Assembly: GCA_947488235.1 (NCBI GenBank)
Contig: CANLAQ010000004.1
Span: 17,294 to 81,293, forward strand
DNA: 64,000 nt
Direction: 5' to 3'
Origin: Flavobacteriales bacterium
GTDB lineage: Bacteria; Bacteroidota; Bacteroidia; Flavobacteriales_D; Crocinitomicaceae
Positions 36,857 through 46,688 of this stretch are shown here, piece after piece. The position numbers and the translations under genes are program-made. How positions within the stretch are numbered: position 1 is the first letter of the stretch; the number at the start of each line of letters is the position of its first letter. The notes under the pieces are model-generated. The model saw nothing but the letters and a program-made list of their open reading frames with translations. It was not told the DNA's origin and did no database searches.

Positions 36857-37839
36857 AAAGTGTATTAATTACCGGAGCAGCTGGTTTTTTAGGATCTCAT
36901 TTATGCGATCGGTTTATCAAAGATGGTTACCGCGTTATTGGTATGGATAATCTAATTACCGGAAGTTTAAAAAACATTGAACATTTATTCAAATTGAGTC
37001 AATTTGAATTTTATCATCACGATGTGTCGAAGTTTATTCATATTCCAGGACCCTTAGATTATATTTTACATTTCGCTTCTCCCGCTAGTCCCATTGATTA
37101 TTTAAAAATTCCTATCCAAACCTTAAAAGTTGGATCTCTTGGAGTACATAATTGCCTTGGCTTAGCGAAAGCTAAAGGAGCTACAATTCTGATTGCATCT
37201 ACTTCAGAAGTATACGGAGACCCAGAAGTGCATCCTCAAACGGAAGATTATTGGGGACATGTAAATCCTGTTGGACCTCGAGGTGTATATGATGAAGCAA
37301 AAAGATTTCAAGAAGCCATTACCATGGCGTACCATAATTTTCATGGATTGTCTACCAGAATAGTAAGGATATTCAATACTTATGGTCCAAGAATGCGCTT
37401 AAATGATGGTCGTGTCCTACCCGCTTTTATTGGTCAAGCACTTAGAGGTGAGGATTTAACCATCTTTGGTGATGGATCGCAAACCCGTTCTTTTTGTTAT
37501 GTTGATGATTTAGTAGAAGGCATCGTTAGCTTGTTGCACAGCAATTGCAGCGACCCAGTAAATATCGGAAATCCTTCAGAAATTACCATCGCTCAATTTG
37601 CAGAAGAAATTATTGCGCTGACAAAAACTACGCAAAAAGTTGTCTTCAAGGACTTGCCTGTTGATGACCCGAAACAAAGAAGACCAGATATTAGTAAAGC
37701 TACGGCACTATTAAACTGGACTCCTAAAATTGACAGAAAAGAAGGCTTGGAAAGAACCTATGCCTATTTTAAAAGTTGTTCGAAAGAAGAACTTATGGCA
37801 ACAGAGCATAATAATTTTGATCACTATAATATGAAATGA
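36853..37839 (+). CDS. UDP-glucuronate decarboxylase (UDP-xylose synthase)
   Basis: 328-aa SDR ORF with [27 protein letters not shown] and [10 protein letters not shown], typical of UXS. Confidence 0.8.
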   Translation: MKSVLITGAAGFLGSHLCDRFIKDGYRVIGMDNLITGSLKNIEHLFKLSQFEFYHHDVSKFIHIPGPLDYILHFASPASPIDYLKIPIQTLKVGSLGVHNCLGLAKAKGATILIASTSEVYGDPEVHPQTEDYWGHVNPVGPRGVYDEAKRFQEAITMAYHNFHGLSTRIVRIFNTYGPRMRLNDGRVLPAFIGQALRGEDLTIFGDGSQTRSFCYVDDLVEGIVSLLHSNCSDPVNIGNPSEITIAQFAEEIIALTKTTQKVVFKDLPVDDPKQRRPDISKATALLNWTPKIDRKEGLERTYAYFKSCSKEELMATEHNNFDHYNMK

Positions 37840-38414
37840 TGGAAGAATTTTTCGCCCATGAATCAGCAGTAATTGATGCAGGATGTCGCATCGGAAAAGG
37901 AACCAAAATTTGGCACTTTTCGCATATTATGGCGGATTGTGAACTAGGAGAAGCTTGTAATATTGGACAAAATGTTGTAATTTCTCCAGGGGTACGCTTA
38001 GGTAAAAATGTAAAAGTTCAGAATAATGTTTCCATTTATACAGGAGTAAATTGTGAAGATGATGTTTTTTTAGGTCCATCAATGGTTTTTACCAATGTTA
38101 TCAATCCTAGATCTCATATAAATCGCAAAAATGAGTACGCAACAACTACGGTAAGAAAAGGCGCAAGTATTGGCGCCAATGCTACCATAGTTTGCGGGAA
38201 TGAAATTGGTGCCTATGCATTTATTGGTGCAGGTGCTGTTGTTACTAAAGAAGTACTACCATACGCACTTGTTGTAGGGAATCCAGCCAGACAAATAGGA
38301 TGGATAAGTGAATTTGGACATCGTTTGACTTTTGATGAACATGGGAGAGCAAAGTGCCCGGAAAGTCAAGAAGAATATAAATTAGAAGGTAAAAAAATAG
38401 AAAAAATTAAATAA
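37836..38414 (+). CDS. Hexapeptide-repeat N-acetyltransferase (WbpD/WlbB-like)
   Basis: 192-aa ORF of left-handed beta-helix repeats. Its size and its context next to WbpB- and WbpE-like genes support the call. Confidence 0.75.
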   Translation: MMEEFFAHESAVIDAGCRIGKGTKIWHFSHIMADCELGEACNIGQNVVISPGVRLGKNVKVQNNVSIYTGVNCEDDVFLGPSMVFTNVINPRSHINRKNEYATTTVRKGASIGANATIVCGNEIGAYAFIGAGAVVTKEVLPYALVVGNPARQIGWISEFGHRLTFDEHGRAKCPESQEEYKLEGKKIEKIK

Positions 38415-39445
38415 TGCCAGAAAATCAAAAAATAAAATTTGTTGTCATTGGGGCCGGACATATTGGTAAAAGACATGCCGAAATGATACAAAGAAATGAA
38501 GAAGGGGAATTGGTCGCTATGGTTGATCCTAGATCTGCTGATGTTTGTGGAGTGGAACAATTTAACATCCCGCATTTCTCTAGTATTGAAGAACTTTTAG
38601 CAGCAAATTTAGATTTCGATGTAGCCAATATTTGTACGCCAAATGGTTTACATGCAGAACAAGCCATTGCAGCTTTAGAAGCAAATAAGCATGTGGTATG
38701 TGAGAAACCTATGGGATTGACTACAGAATCTTGCGAACGCGTGATCTTTAAATCCATGCAAATGTCAAAGCAAGTTTTTTGTGTTATGCAAAATAGATAT
38801 TCCCCCCCATCTGAGTGGATTAAATCCATAATTGATGAAAAAATATTAGGTGATATCTTTATGGTACAATTGAATTGTTACTGGAATAGAGATGAACGAT
38901 ATTATAAAGCAGATGGTTGGAAAGGCACTGCTGATCTTGATGGCGGAACCTTATTCACTCAATTCTCTCATTTTATTGATATCATGTATTGGCTCTTTGG
39001 AGATGTAGATACCATTCAAGGAAAATTTGCTGACTATACCCATAAAGATTATACTGCTTTTGAAGATTCTGGTTTTGTCAACTTTAATTTCCTGAATGGT
39101 GGAATGGGTTCTATAAATTATTCCACTTCCGTAGCCAATCAAAACTTGGAGTCTTCAATGACTATTATTGGAAAAAATGGCTCCGTGAAAATCGGCGGTC
39201 AATACATGAACGAAGTAGAGGTTTGTAATATTAAAGATTATGAAATGCCCGAATTAAAAGCTGCTAATCCAGCAAATGATTACGGTTTATACAAAGGGTC
39301 TGCTGCAAATCACAACTATGTAATTGCTAATGTAATCGATACTTTAAAAGGTAGAACTTCAGCAACTACGAATGCCTTAGAAGGAATGAAAGTAGTAGAT
39401 ATTATAGAGCGAATTTATAAAGTAAGAGACGAACAAAAATATTAG
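38414..39445 (+). CDS. Gfo/Idh/MocA-family oxidoreductase (WbpB-like)
   Basis: 343-aa ORF with N-terminal Rossmann motif VVIGAGHIGKRH and the EKP motif (VVCEKPMG). Confidence 0.75.
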   Translation: MPENQKIKFVVIGAGHIGKRHAEMIQRNEEGELVAMVDPRSADVCGVEQFNIPHFSSIEELLAANLDFDVANICTPNGLHAEQAIAALEANKHVVCEKPMGLTTESCERVIFKSMQMSKQVFCVMQNRYSPPSEWIKSIIDEKILGDIFMVQLNCYWNRDERYYKADGWKGTADLDGGTLFTQFSHFIDIMYWLFGDVDTIQGKFADYTHKDYTAFEDSGFVNFNFLNGGMGSINYSTSVANQNLESSMTIIGKNGSVKIGGQYMNEVEVCNIKDYEMPELKAANPANDYGLYKGSAANHNYVIANVIDTLKGRTSATTNALEGMKVVDIIERIYKVRDEQKY

Positions 39446-39459
39446 TAACGGAGTTTTAG

Positions 39460-40761
39460 ATGAAAAAGATATATCAAAAATTAGTAGACAAGGAAGCGAC
39501 ACTAGCCGTTATTGGATTAGGTTATGTTGGACTACCTATCGCATTGGAATTTGCCAAGAAAATAAAAGTAATTGGCTTCGATATTAATGAAGATCGCATT
39601 CAATTGATGAAGCAAAAGATTGATCCAAGTAAGGAACTTGATGGTAGTGTGTTTGATAACTCTCAAATAGAATTTACATCAAATATCCAGGACTTGAAGT
39701 CCGTGGAGTTTTTTATTATTGCCGTACCTACCCCAATTGATAATGCTAATTTACCAAATTTAAAACCACTTCTTGGAGCTTCAAAAACAGTCGCTCAAGT
39801 ATTGAAGAAAGGCGATTATGTAATCTATGAATCTACCGTTTATCCAGGTTGTACAGAAGAGGATTGTATTCCAATTTTAGAAAGTGAAACCGGACTTAAA
39901 TTTAAAAATGATTTCAAAGTTGGTTACTCTCCAGAAAGAATTAATCCAGGAGATAAAGAACATACGCTTCAAAATGTAATCAAAGTAGTTTCAGGTTGTT
40001 GTGATGAATCCCTTGAAGAAATTGCGAAAGTATATGAACTTGTTGTTCAAGCTGGAGTGCATTGTGCACCAAGTATTAAAGTAGCTGAAGCTGCGAAAAT
40101 AATTGAAAATACACAAAGAGATGTCAATATTGCCTTGGTGAATGAACTCTCCATTATCTTCAACAAACTAAATATCAATACCTACGATGTGTTGGCTGCT
40201 GCAGGAACCAAATGGAATTTTTTGAAATTTTATCCAGGTTTAGTGGGTGGACATTGCATTGGTGTTGATCCCTACTACCTTACCCATAAAGCTCAGCAAG
40301 CTGGATATCATTCTAAGGTTATTACAAGCGGACGCTATGTAAATGATTCTATGGGATTTTATATTGCCAAACAAACGGTAAAAAAAGTAATCGCACAAGG
40401 AAAACACATTCAAGAAGCTAGAGTTTTGATAATGGGTGCCACCTTCAAAGAAGATGTTAGCGATATTAGAAATACTAAAGTGGTGGATATCATCAATGAA
40501 TTGAAATCCTATCAAATGCAAGTGGACATTGTGGATGCTCACGCGAGTTCAGAGGAAATGAATCATGAATATGGCATTCCATTAACAGAAAAAATTAGAG
40601 CTGATTATGATGCTATTATTGTTGCAGTAAATCATAAGGAGTACCTCAACTTGGATGAACACTATTTTAAAAGTATCATGAAAAATGGACAAGGTGTTTT
40701 TATTGATGTGAAAGGAATTTACAGCAAAAAAATAACCGATTTAGTCTATTGGAGTTTGTAA
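39460..40761 (+). CDS. UDP-N-acetyl-D-hexosamine 6-dehydrogenase (WbpA/TviB/WecC-like)
   Basis: 433-aa ORF with VIGLGYVGLPIA and the catalytic Cys context GLVGGHCIGVDP. Confidence 0.8.
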   Translation: MKKIYQKLVDKEATLAVIGLGYVGLPIALEFAKKIKVIGFDINEDRIQLMKQKIDPSKELDGSVFDNSQIEFTSNIQDLKSVEFFIIAVPTPIDNANLPNLKPLLGASKTVAQVLKKGDYVIYESTVYPGCTEEDCIPILESETGLKFKNDFKVGYSPERINPGDKEHTLQNVIKVVSGCCDESLEEIAKVYELVVQAGVHCAPSIKVAEAAKIIENTQRDVNIALVNELSIIFNKLNINTYDVLAAAGTKWNFLKFYPGLVGGHCIGVDPYYLTHKAQQAGYHSKVITSGRYVNDSMGFYIAKQTVKKVIAQGKHIQEARVLIMGATFKEDVSDIRNTKVVDIINELKSYQMQVDIVDAHASSEEMNHEYGIPLTEKIRADYDAIIVAVNHKEYLNLDEHYFKSIMKNGQGVFIDVKGIYSKKITDLVYWSL

Positions 40762-40762
40762 T

Positions 40763-41827
40763 ATGGAAAATACATATAAAAAAAGAATTGTAATTACTGG
40801 TGGAGCTGGATTCATAGGCTCACACATGGTGCGGAAAATGGTGCAGTCTTATCCTGACTATCTCATTATCAATGTAGATAAGTTGACATATGCAGGTAAT
40901 CTAGCAAATCTTCAAGATATAGAACGAGCTCCCAATTATATTTTTGAGAAAATTGACATCTGTGATAAAGAGGGATTAGTTTCCGTTTTTGACCGTCATA
41001 AGGTAACAGATGTGATACACCTGGCAGCTGAATCTCATGTAGATCGATCCATTGAAGGACCTATGGAATTTGTGATGACGAATGTTGTCGGCACTGTTAA
41101 TTTACTTGAAGCCGCAAAACGAGCTTGGGGAATTGAGGCAGGACATGTCTTTCATCATGTATCTACCGATGAAGTTTATGGTAGCTTAGAAGCAGATGGG
41201 TTTTTTACAGAAAATACTCCCTATGATCCAAGAAGTCCCTATTCAGCTTCAAAAGCATCTTCAGATCATTTCGTAAATGCGTATTATCATACTTATGGTT
41301 TGCCGATTAAAATTTCGAATTGTTCGAATAATTATGGCAGTCACCACTTCCCAGAAAAATTAATCCCTTTGATGATTAATAATATTCTAAACGAATTGCC
41401 CTTGCCCGTATATGGTGCAGGATTAAACATTCGAGATTGGTTATGGGTAGAAGATCATGTGAGTGCCATCGATATTATTTTTCATTCTGGTCGCATCGGT
41501 GAATCCTACAATATTGGTGGCCTTAACGAATGGACAAATATTGACTTGGTGCATTATTTATGCGAATTAATGGATCAAAAACTAGGTCGCGCAAATGGAA
41601 GTTCCAAGCAATTAATTACTTATGTTAAGGACAGAGCAGGACACGATCAACGCTATGCCATTGATGCCAGCAAAATAGAAAATGAATTGAATTGGAAACC
41701 TTCGATTACCTTTGAAGAAGGTTTGTCCAAAACCATTGATTGGTATTTAGAAAATAAAAGCTGGGTAGAAAAAATTACCTCTGGTGCTTACCAAGACTAT
41801 TACAAACAACAATACGAAAAAAGATAA
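40763..41827 (+). CDS. rfbB: dTDP-glucose 4,6-dehydratase
   Basis: 354-aa ORF with ITGGAGFIGSH, VSTDEVYG, YSASKA and RDWLWVEDH. Confidence 0.9.
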   Translation: MENTYKKRIVITGGAGFIGSHMVRKMVQSYPDYLIINVDKLTYAGNLANLQDIERAPNYIFEKIDICDKEGLVSVFDRHKVTDVIHLAAESHVDRSIEGPMEFVMTNVVGTVNLLEAAKRAWGIEAGHVFHHVSTDEVYGSLEADGFFTENTPYDPRSPYSASKASSDHFVNAYYHTYGLPIKISNCSNNYGSHHFPEKLIPLMINNILNELPLPVYGAGLNIRDWLWVEDHVSAIDIIFHSGRIGESYNIGGLNEWTNIDLVHYLCELMDQKLGRANGSSKQLITYVKDRAGHDQRYAIDASKIENELNWKPSITFEEGLSKTIDWYLENKSWVEKITSGAYQDYYKQQYEKR

Positions 41828-42579
41828 TGGGATTTTTGGGGCAACTTTTTAAGAGCAAGGCAAAGAAATCATTGAATCTGCCCCTAGATTTAAATCAAGT
41901 CAAAATAGACATGCACAGTCATTTGATCCCAGGAATTGACGACGGATCTCCCAGTATGGAACACAGTCTTGCGATGTTGATGAAGTTTGAAAATTTGGGT
42001 TTTAAAAAGGTAATTACAACGCCACATGTGAAACCTGGTTCCTATCCCAATACTTCGGAAATTATTTTGGACGGATATAAGCAATTAAAAGCTGCTGCAA
42101 TAGAAGCCGGAATTACCCTTGAAATAGAGGTGGCAGCAGAATATTTTTTCGATGAAACCTTAATTGACAAAATTAAAGCTAAAGACATTTTAAGTTTTGG
42201 AGACCAATATGTCCTGGTTGAATTCGCTTTTAATCATCCCCCTATTTTTGAAAATTTACTTTTTGATACCTTAATTGAAAATGGATACAAGCCTGTTCTC
42301 GCACATTTTGAACGCTATTCCTATTATTTTGGTTCAATGGAAAAAGCACATGAATGGCAAAGAAAAGGCGTCGCAATTCAAATGAATTTAAGTTCACTTT
42401 GTGGGGCTTATGGTCAAGAAGTGAAAAGACAAGCCGAGGCGATGCTCGATCAATTTGCTTTTGATTTTGTGGGTACCGATTGTCATCGCATAGAACATTT
42501 GATTCAATTAGAAGAGAATTTGACCTTGCCCTATCTGTCTAGATTAAATGATTTTATGCTTAAAAATTCGTCGCTTTGA
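41827..42579 (+). CDS. PHP-family protein-tyrosine phosphatase (CpsB/YwqE-like)
   Basis: 250-aa ORF with the IDMHSHLIPGIDDGS metal-binding signature and downstream TPH, AHFERY and GTDCH motifs. Confidence 0.8.
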   Translation: MGFLGQLFKSKAKKSLNLPLDLNQVKIDMHSHLIPGIDDGSPSMEHSLAMLMKFENLGFKKVITTPHVKPGSYPNTSEIILDGYKQLKAAAIEAGITLEIEVAAEYFFDETLIDKIKAKDILSFGDQYVLVEFAFNHPPIFENLLFDTLIENGYKPVLAHFERYSYYFGSMEKAHEWQRKGVAIQMNLSSLCGAYGQEVKRQAEAMLDQFAFDFVGTDCHRIEHLIQLEENLTLPYLSRLNDFMLKNSSL

Positions 42580-43046
42580 TACTGTATTTATTAAGGCATT
42601 CTAAAACAAATCAGATTTCAAGTTCAGGAAAAGATTTTGATCGCGAATTACTTGAAAGAGGAAGGGAACAAGCACGAATGATGGCAGAACATTTTAAAGA
42701 GATGCCTCTTACTCCAACCAGTATTTTTTGTTCAAGCGCTATGAGAACGAGAGAAACATTGGCCATCATTCAAGAAGAAATCAATTTTTCTGACATTACC
42801 TATTTAGATGAGCTTTACCTGGCCTCAGAAATGGCTTTGCTTCAATTTCTTTGGGAGAAAGATGCGGAAGATATAATGATTATTGGACATAATGAAGGAC
42901 TGTCCGATTTAGCTTCCTATTGCATGGGAGCAGAAATTCATTTGAAGACTTGTTCTTATATAAAAATTAATATTTCTGCTTCAAATTGGCAAGAATCTTT
43001 TGCGGCTAAAGGTCAGATGCTTGATTTTTATCGTCCTCTGATTTAG
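42576..43046 (+). CDS. Histidine phosphatase family protein (SixA-like)
   Basis: 156-aa ORF with LYLLRHSK (RH catalytic core) and a downstream GHNEG motif. The TTG start overlaps the upstream stop (TTGA). Confidence 0.65.
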   Translation: MILYLLRHSKTNQISSSGKDFDRELLERGREQARMMAEHFKEMPLTPTSIFCSSAMRTRETLAIIQEEINFSDITYLDELYLASEMALLQFLWEKDAEDIMIIGHNEGLSDLASYCMGAEIHLKTCSYIKINISASNWQESFAAKGQMLDFYRPLI

Positions 43047-43815
43047 CATTGGGAATATAATGGTAGGTGACTTGCTGTGCTTTTTGATCCTCCTTGGCCT
43101 CCATCGCAGCCTTTTCTTGTGCCAATTTTTCTAAATACATGCCCTCCAAATCAGGAGGTTCAATACCTAGCTCTTTTTCGATTTCATATTGCATTTTTGG
43201 TGGTTGTGGTCCCTTTTTTCTATAAATAAATGCTAGAAATATACCTGAAATAGATCCCATTAAATGTCCTTCCCATGAAATTCTTGGATGACTAGGGAAA
43301 ATTCCCCAAACCATACTTCCATACAAAAACACGACCAATAAAGACAATGCTTGAAGCGGAAAATATTTTCTTAAAAATCCTGAAATAAATAAAAAGGAAG
43401 CTAAGGCATAAATGACTGCGCTCATTCCAATATGGTAAGTTCCTTTGTCGTCAGCATAAATCCAAAGTAGCAAACCACTCAATAACCAAGAACCTATAAA
43501 TATTCGAAAAGCAATAGAACGATAGGAATAAAAAAGGAGCGTCGTCAACATAAAGATGGCAGGAGAATTGTTGATGATGTGTTTGATATCATCATGAGCA
43601 TGAATCCACGGCATAAAAAAGATTCCTTTTAAACCTTCAATTCGTTTTGGTAAGACTCCCAAGCGATGGAAATCAAAAACAAAAATATAATCTGCCCAAT
43701 ACACCAACCACATCAAAACCAATACCAGGAAGCCAAAAAGTGCTGCTTCTTTCAATGGTTTATCTCGAACGCGTGTATTCTTCATTTTAAACCCTATGTC
43801 AAAACCCATACCCAA
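43006..43815 (-). CDS. Rhomboid-family intramembrane serine protease
   Basis: 269-aa ORF with multiple TM helices, a GMSAVIY serine motif and a GHLMGSISG histidine motif. Its 3' end overlaps the convergent SixA-like gene by 41 bp. Confidence 0.75.
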   Translation of the reverse strand: MGMGFDIGFKMKNTRVRDKPLKEAALFGFLVLVLMWLVYWADYIFVFDFHRLGVLPKRIEGLKGIFFMPWIHAHDDIKHIINNSPAIFMLTTLLFYSYRSIAFRIFIGSWLLSGLLLWIYADDKGTYHIGMSAVIYALASFLFISGFLRKYFPLQALSLLVVFLYGSMVWGIFPSHPRISWEGHLMGSISGIFLAFIYRKKGPQPPKMQYEIEKELGIEPPDLEGMYLEKLAQEKAAMEAKEDQKAQQVTYHYIPNAKSEDDKNQASDL

Positions 43816-43867
43816 AATGAATTGCTGACAAAGTGACGGAACTTACTTGATTTTGAATGTATATAAT

Positions 43868-43875
43868 TAAATTTG
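43868..43875 (+). promoter_or_regulatory. Candidate -7 box TAAATTTG upstream of menA
   Basis: Matches TAnnTTTG and ends only 5 nt before the ATG at 43880. This would imply a very short or absent leader. Confidence 0.3.
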
Positions 43876-43879
43876 CACT

Positions 43880-44794
43880 ATGACAAAAAGAACTGCTTGG
43901 TTCAATGCCTTGCGCTTAAGAACACTTCCCTTATCCATTTCAGGAATTTTAGTAGGCGCCGCACTTGCAAAATCTGATGGTGCCTGGAATAGCTATATAT
44001 TTTGGGGCTGTTTATCCACCACCCTATTGTTCCAAATCATTTCCAATTTAGCCAATGATTTAGGGGACACACAAAAAGGAACAGATAATGAACATCGTGT
44101 TGGTCCGGTGCGCAGCGTGCAATCTGGTTTAATTTCTACAAGAGAAATGGGAGTTGCCATTCTATTGTGTTCTGTTTTAGCTCTTATTTCTGCTGGTATT
44201 TTGATCTATATCAGTGCTCAAACATTGACATTTTATACGATAATGGTATACATAGGCTTAACCATTTTGAGTATTCTTGCCGCTTTGACTTACACCATCG
44301 GAAAAAATGCTTACGGATATCGCGGTTTAGGAGATTTGATGGTTTTTATATTTTTTGGTGGAGTTGCAGTTATTGGAAGCAATGGCTTGTTCGGAACAGG
44401 ATTTAATCCACTAACTATTTTGGGAGCGTTGACGATTGGAACCTGGAGTATTGGGGTTTTGAATTTGAATAATATGCGCGATCAAGTTAATGATAAGGCA
44501 AGTAATAAAATTACAATGGCAGTGAAATTAGGCTTTCAAGGTGCCCGTATATATCACTTTACAATAGTCATCGTTGGTCTACTAGCTTGGTGTATGCTCC
44601 TGTATTTACTCTATATGAAAGACAATTCCAGTATCTATCTCTATGCTTTTATTCCATGTTTGTTGGTGATTAAACACCTGATTAGAGTAAATAAAACGAA
44701 GGAACCAAAAGATTTTGATCCCGAATTAAAAAAACTTGCCTTGAGTACTTTCTTCACGGCTTTATTGTTGCTTATTTTGAGTCAACTGACTTAA
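43880..44794 (+). CDS. menA: 1,4-dihydroxy-2-naphthoate polyprenyltransferase
   Basis: 304-aa UbiA-family membrane ORF with the Asp-rich motif NLANDLGDTQKGTD and a second NNMRD motif. Confidence 0.8.
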   Translation: MTKRTAWFNALRLRTLPLSISGILVGAALAKSDGAWNSYIFWGCLSTTLLFQIISNLANDLGDTQKGTDNEHRVGPVRSVQSGLISTREMGVAILLCSVLALISAGILIYISAQTLTFYTIMVYIGLTILSILAALTYTIGKNAYGYRGLGDLMVFIFFGGVAVIGSNGLFGTGFNPLTILGALTIGTWSIGVLNLNNMRDQVNDKASNKITMAVKLGFQGARIYHFTIVIVGLLAWCMLLYLLYMKDNSSIYLYAFIPCLLVIKHLIRVNKTKEPKDFDPELKKLALSTFFTALLLLILSQLT

Positions 44795-44925
44795 GATAAA
44801 ATAGTTATCCTTTAATAAAAGGCCTTTTCAACTTTCTATTTTTAAGGAATTGATTTGAATTTAAATAATAAAGAAAAAATATAATTTGTGCAGATATTAA
44901 GGGCGATCAACTAAAGATTATTCAG

Positions 44926-44933
44926 TAAATTTG
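44926..44933 (+). promoter_or_regulatory. Candidate -7 box TAAATTTG upstream of etfBA
   Basis: Matches TAnnTTTG and lies 22 nt upstream of the ATG at 44955. Confidence 0.4.
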
Positions 44934-44954
44934 TTCACTTTTAAATGAAGCGCT

Positions 44955-45695
44955 ATGAATATTTTAGTTTGTATAAGTAAATCCCCTGACACCACTTCAA
45001 AAATTGCATTTTCAAATGACAATACACAGTTTGATGATAATGGTGTCCAATATATTGTCAATCCTTATGATGAATGGTATGCCTTAGTTCGGGCCTTAGA
45101 GTTGAAAGAGACTGTAGGTGGACAAGTTACCATAATCACCGTTGGGACAACTACTGATGAAGCCATTATGCGCAAAGCTTTGGCTATTGGTGCTGATGAA
45201 GCAGTTCGAATCGATGCAGATCCTAAAGATGCTTACTATACAGCAATGCAAATTGCTCATTATGCCCAATCCAATGGATTTGACTTGGTTTTGACTGGTA
45301 AAGAAACCATTAATTACAATGGATCTCAAGTGGGTGGAATGATTGCAGAAGCTTTAGACGCTCCATTTGTTTCCTTAGCTACAAAATTAGAGGTGAATGG
45401 AACTACAATTCAGCTTGAAAGAGAAATTGTTGGTGGACTAGAACTTATTGAAGTAGCCCTTCCAGTAGTAGTTTCTTGTGCCAAAGGAATGGCGGAACAA
45501 CGCATACCTAATATGAGAGGGATTATGGCCGCAAGGACTAAACCATTACAAATTATTGCTCCTCAAGCTATAGAGGAACTTACCAATTTTATTCAATTTT
45601 CCGCAGCATCTTCAAAAGCTTCTGTCAAAATGATTGACGCAGATAATATGGATGAGTTAGTGGCATTATTGCACAGCGAAGCAAAAGTTATTTAA
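44955..45695 (+). CDS. etfB: Electron transfer flavoprotein, beta subunit
   Basis: 246-aa ORF. MNILVCISKSPDT..NPYDEWYALVRALEL..DLVLTGKE is typical of EtfB. Confidence 0.9.
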   Translation: MNILVCISKSPDTTSKIAFSNDNTQFDDNGVQYIVNPYDEWYALVRALELKETVGGQVTIITVGTTTDEAIMRKALAIGADEAVRIDADPKDAYYTAMQIAHYAQSNGFDLVLTGKETINYNGSQVGGMIAEALDAPFVSLATKLEVNGTTIQLEREIVGGLELIEVALPVVVSCAKGMAEQRIPNMRGIMAARTKPLQIIAPQAIEELTNFIQFSAASSKASVKMIDADNMDELVALLHSEAKVI

Positions 45696-45712
45696 TTTTT
45701 AAAAGCAAGAAA

Positions 45713-46654
45713 ATGATTTTAGTATATATTTCAAGTCAAAACGGTATTTCAAAATCTGCATTTGAAGCAGTAACTTATGCACGCAAATTAGATTCAGAAG
45801 TTTGTGTCTTAACCTGTGGTTCGGCAAGCGAAGCACAGCTTTCAGCTTTCGGTCAATATGGTGCTCAAAAAGTATTGGTTGATAGAAAAATTGATGGTTC
45901 TGATGCGCAGCAATTAACAAAATTAATCAGCCAATATGCTCAAGAATTAAACGCAAGCACTTTAGTTTTTACCCATGATTTTGTTGGAAAAGCAATCGCT
46001 CCTAGAGTTTCTGTGAAATTAAAAGCAGGAATGGTAGCGGGTGCCATTGCATTGCCAGAGGCTAATGGCTCCATTAAAGTAAATGTTTTCTCTGGTAAGG
46101 CTAGTGGTTTTGTAAAAGTAAATTCAAGTGTTCGTATCATCTCTTTATTGGCTAATAGTATTCCATTAGAAATAAACGAAACTTCGTGTAAGGTAGAAGA
46201 AATCACAGCTAATACAGGTGACTCAAAAATTAAAGTAATTTCTGTAAAGAAACCTGATGGAGCCATTCCACTTCCGGAAGCAGAGATTGTCGTTTCAGCA
46301 GGTAGAGGATTGAAAGGTCCTGAAAATTGGGGAATGGTAGAAACATTAGCACAAACATTAGGTGCTGCAACGGCTTGTTCGCGACCTGTTGCGGATATCG
46401 GATGGAGACCTCACCACGAACATGTTGGTCAAACGGGTGTAGCCATTAGACCCAACCTTTATATCGCAATTGGAATTTCAGGAGCCATTCAACACCTAGC
46501 AGGAGTCAATGGTTCTAAAGTAATTGTTGTTGTGAATACAGATAAAGAAGCACCATTTTTTAAAGCTGCAGATTATGGCGTTATTGGCGATGCCTTTGAT
46601 GTAATCCCAAAACTAAATGCTGCGCTCGTAAAATTCAAAGCGGCTAATAACTAA
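45713..46654 (+). CDS. etfA: Electron transfer flavoprotein, alpha subunit
   Basis: 313-aa ORF with the C-terminal FAD-binding signature VVSAGRG..CSRPV.D.GW..HEHVGQTG..PNLYIAIGISGAIQH. Confidence 0.9.
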   Translation: MILVYISSQNGISKSAFEAVTYARKLDSEVCVLTCGSASEAQLSAFGQYGAQKVLVDRKIDGSDAQQLTKLISQYAQELNASTLVFTHDFVGKAIAPRVSVKLKAGMVAGAIALPEANGSIKVNVFSGKASGFVKVNSSVRIISLLANSIPLEINETSCKVEEITANTGDSKIKVISVKKPDGAIPLPEAEIVVSAGRGLKGPENWGMVETLAQTLGAATACSRPVADIGWRPHHEHVGQTGVAIRPNLYIAIGISGAIQHLAGVNGSKVIVVVNTDKEAPFFKAADYGVIGDAFDVIPKLNAALVKFKAANN

Positions 46655-46688
46655 ATATTCTTATCTTTAATTATCAGTCTAGGTTCAC

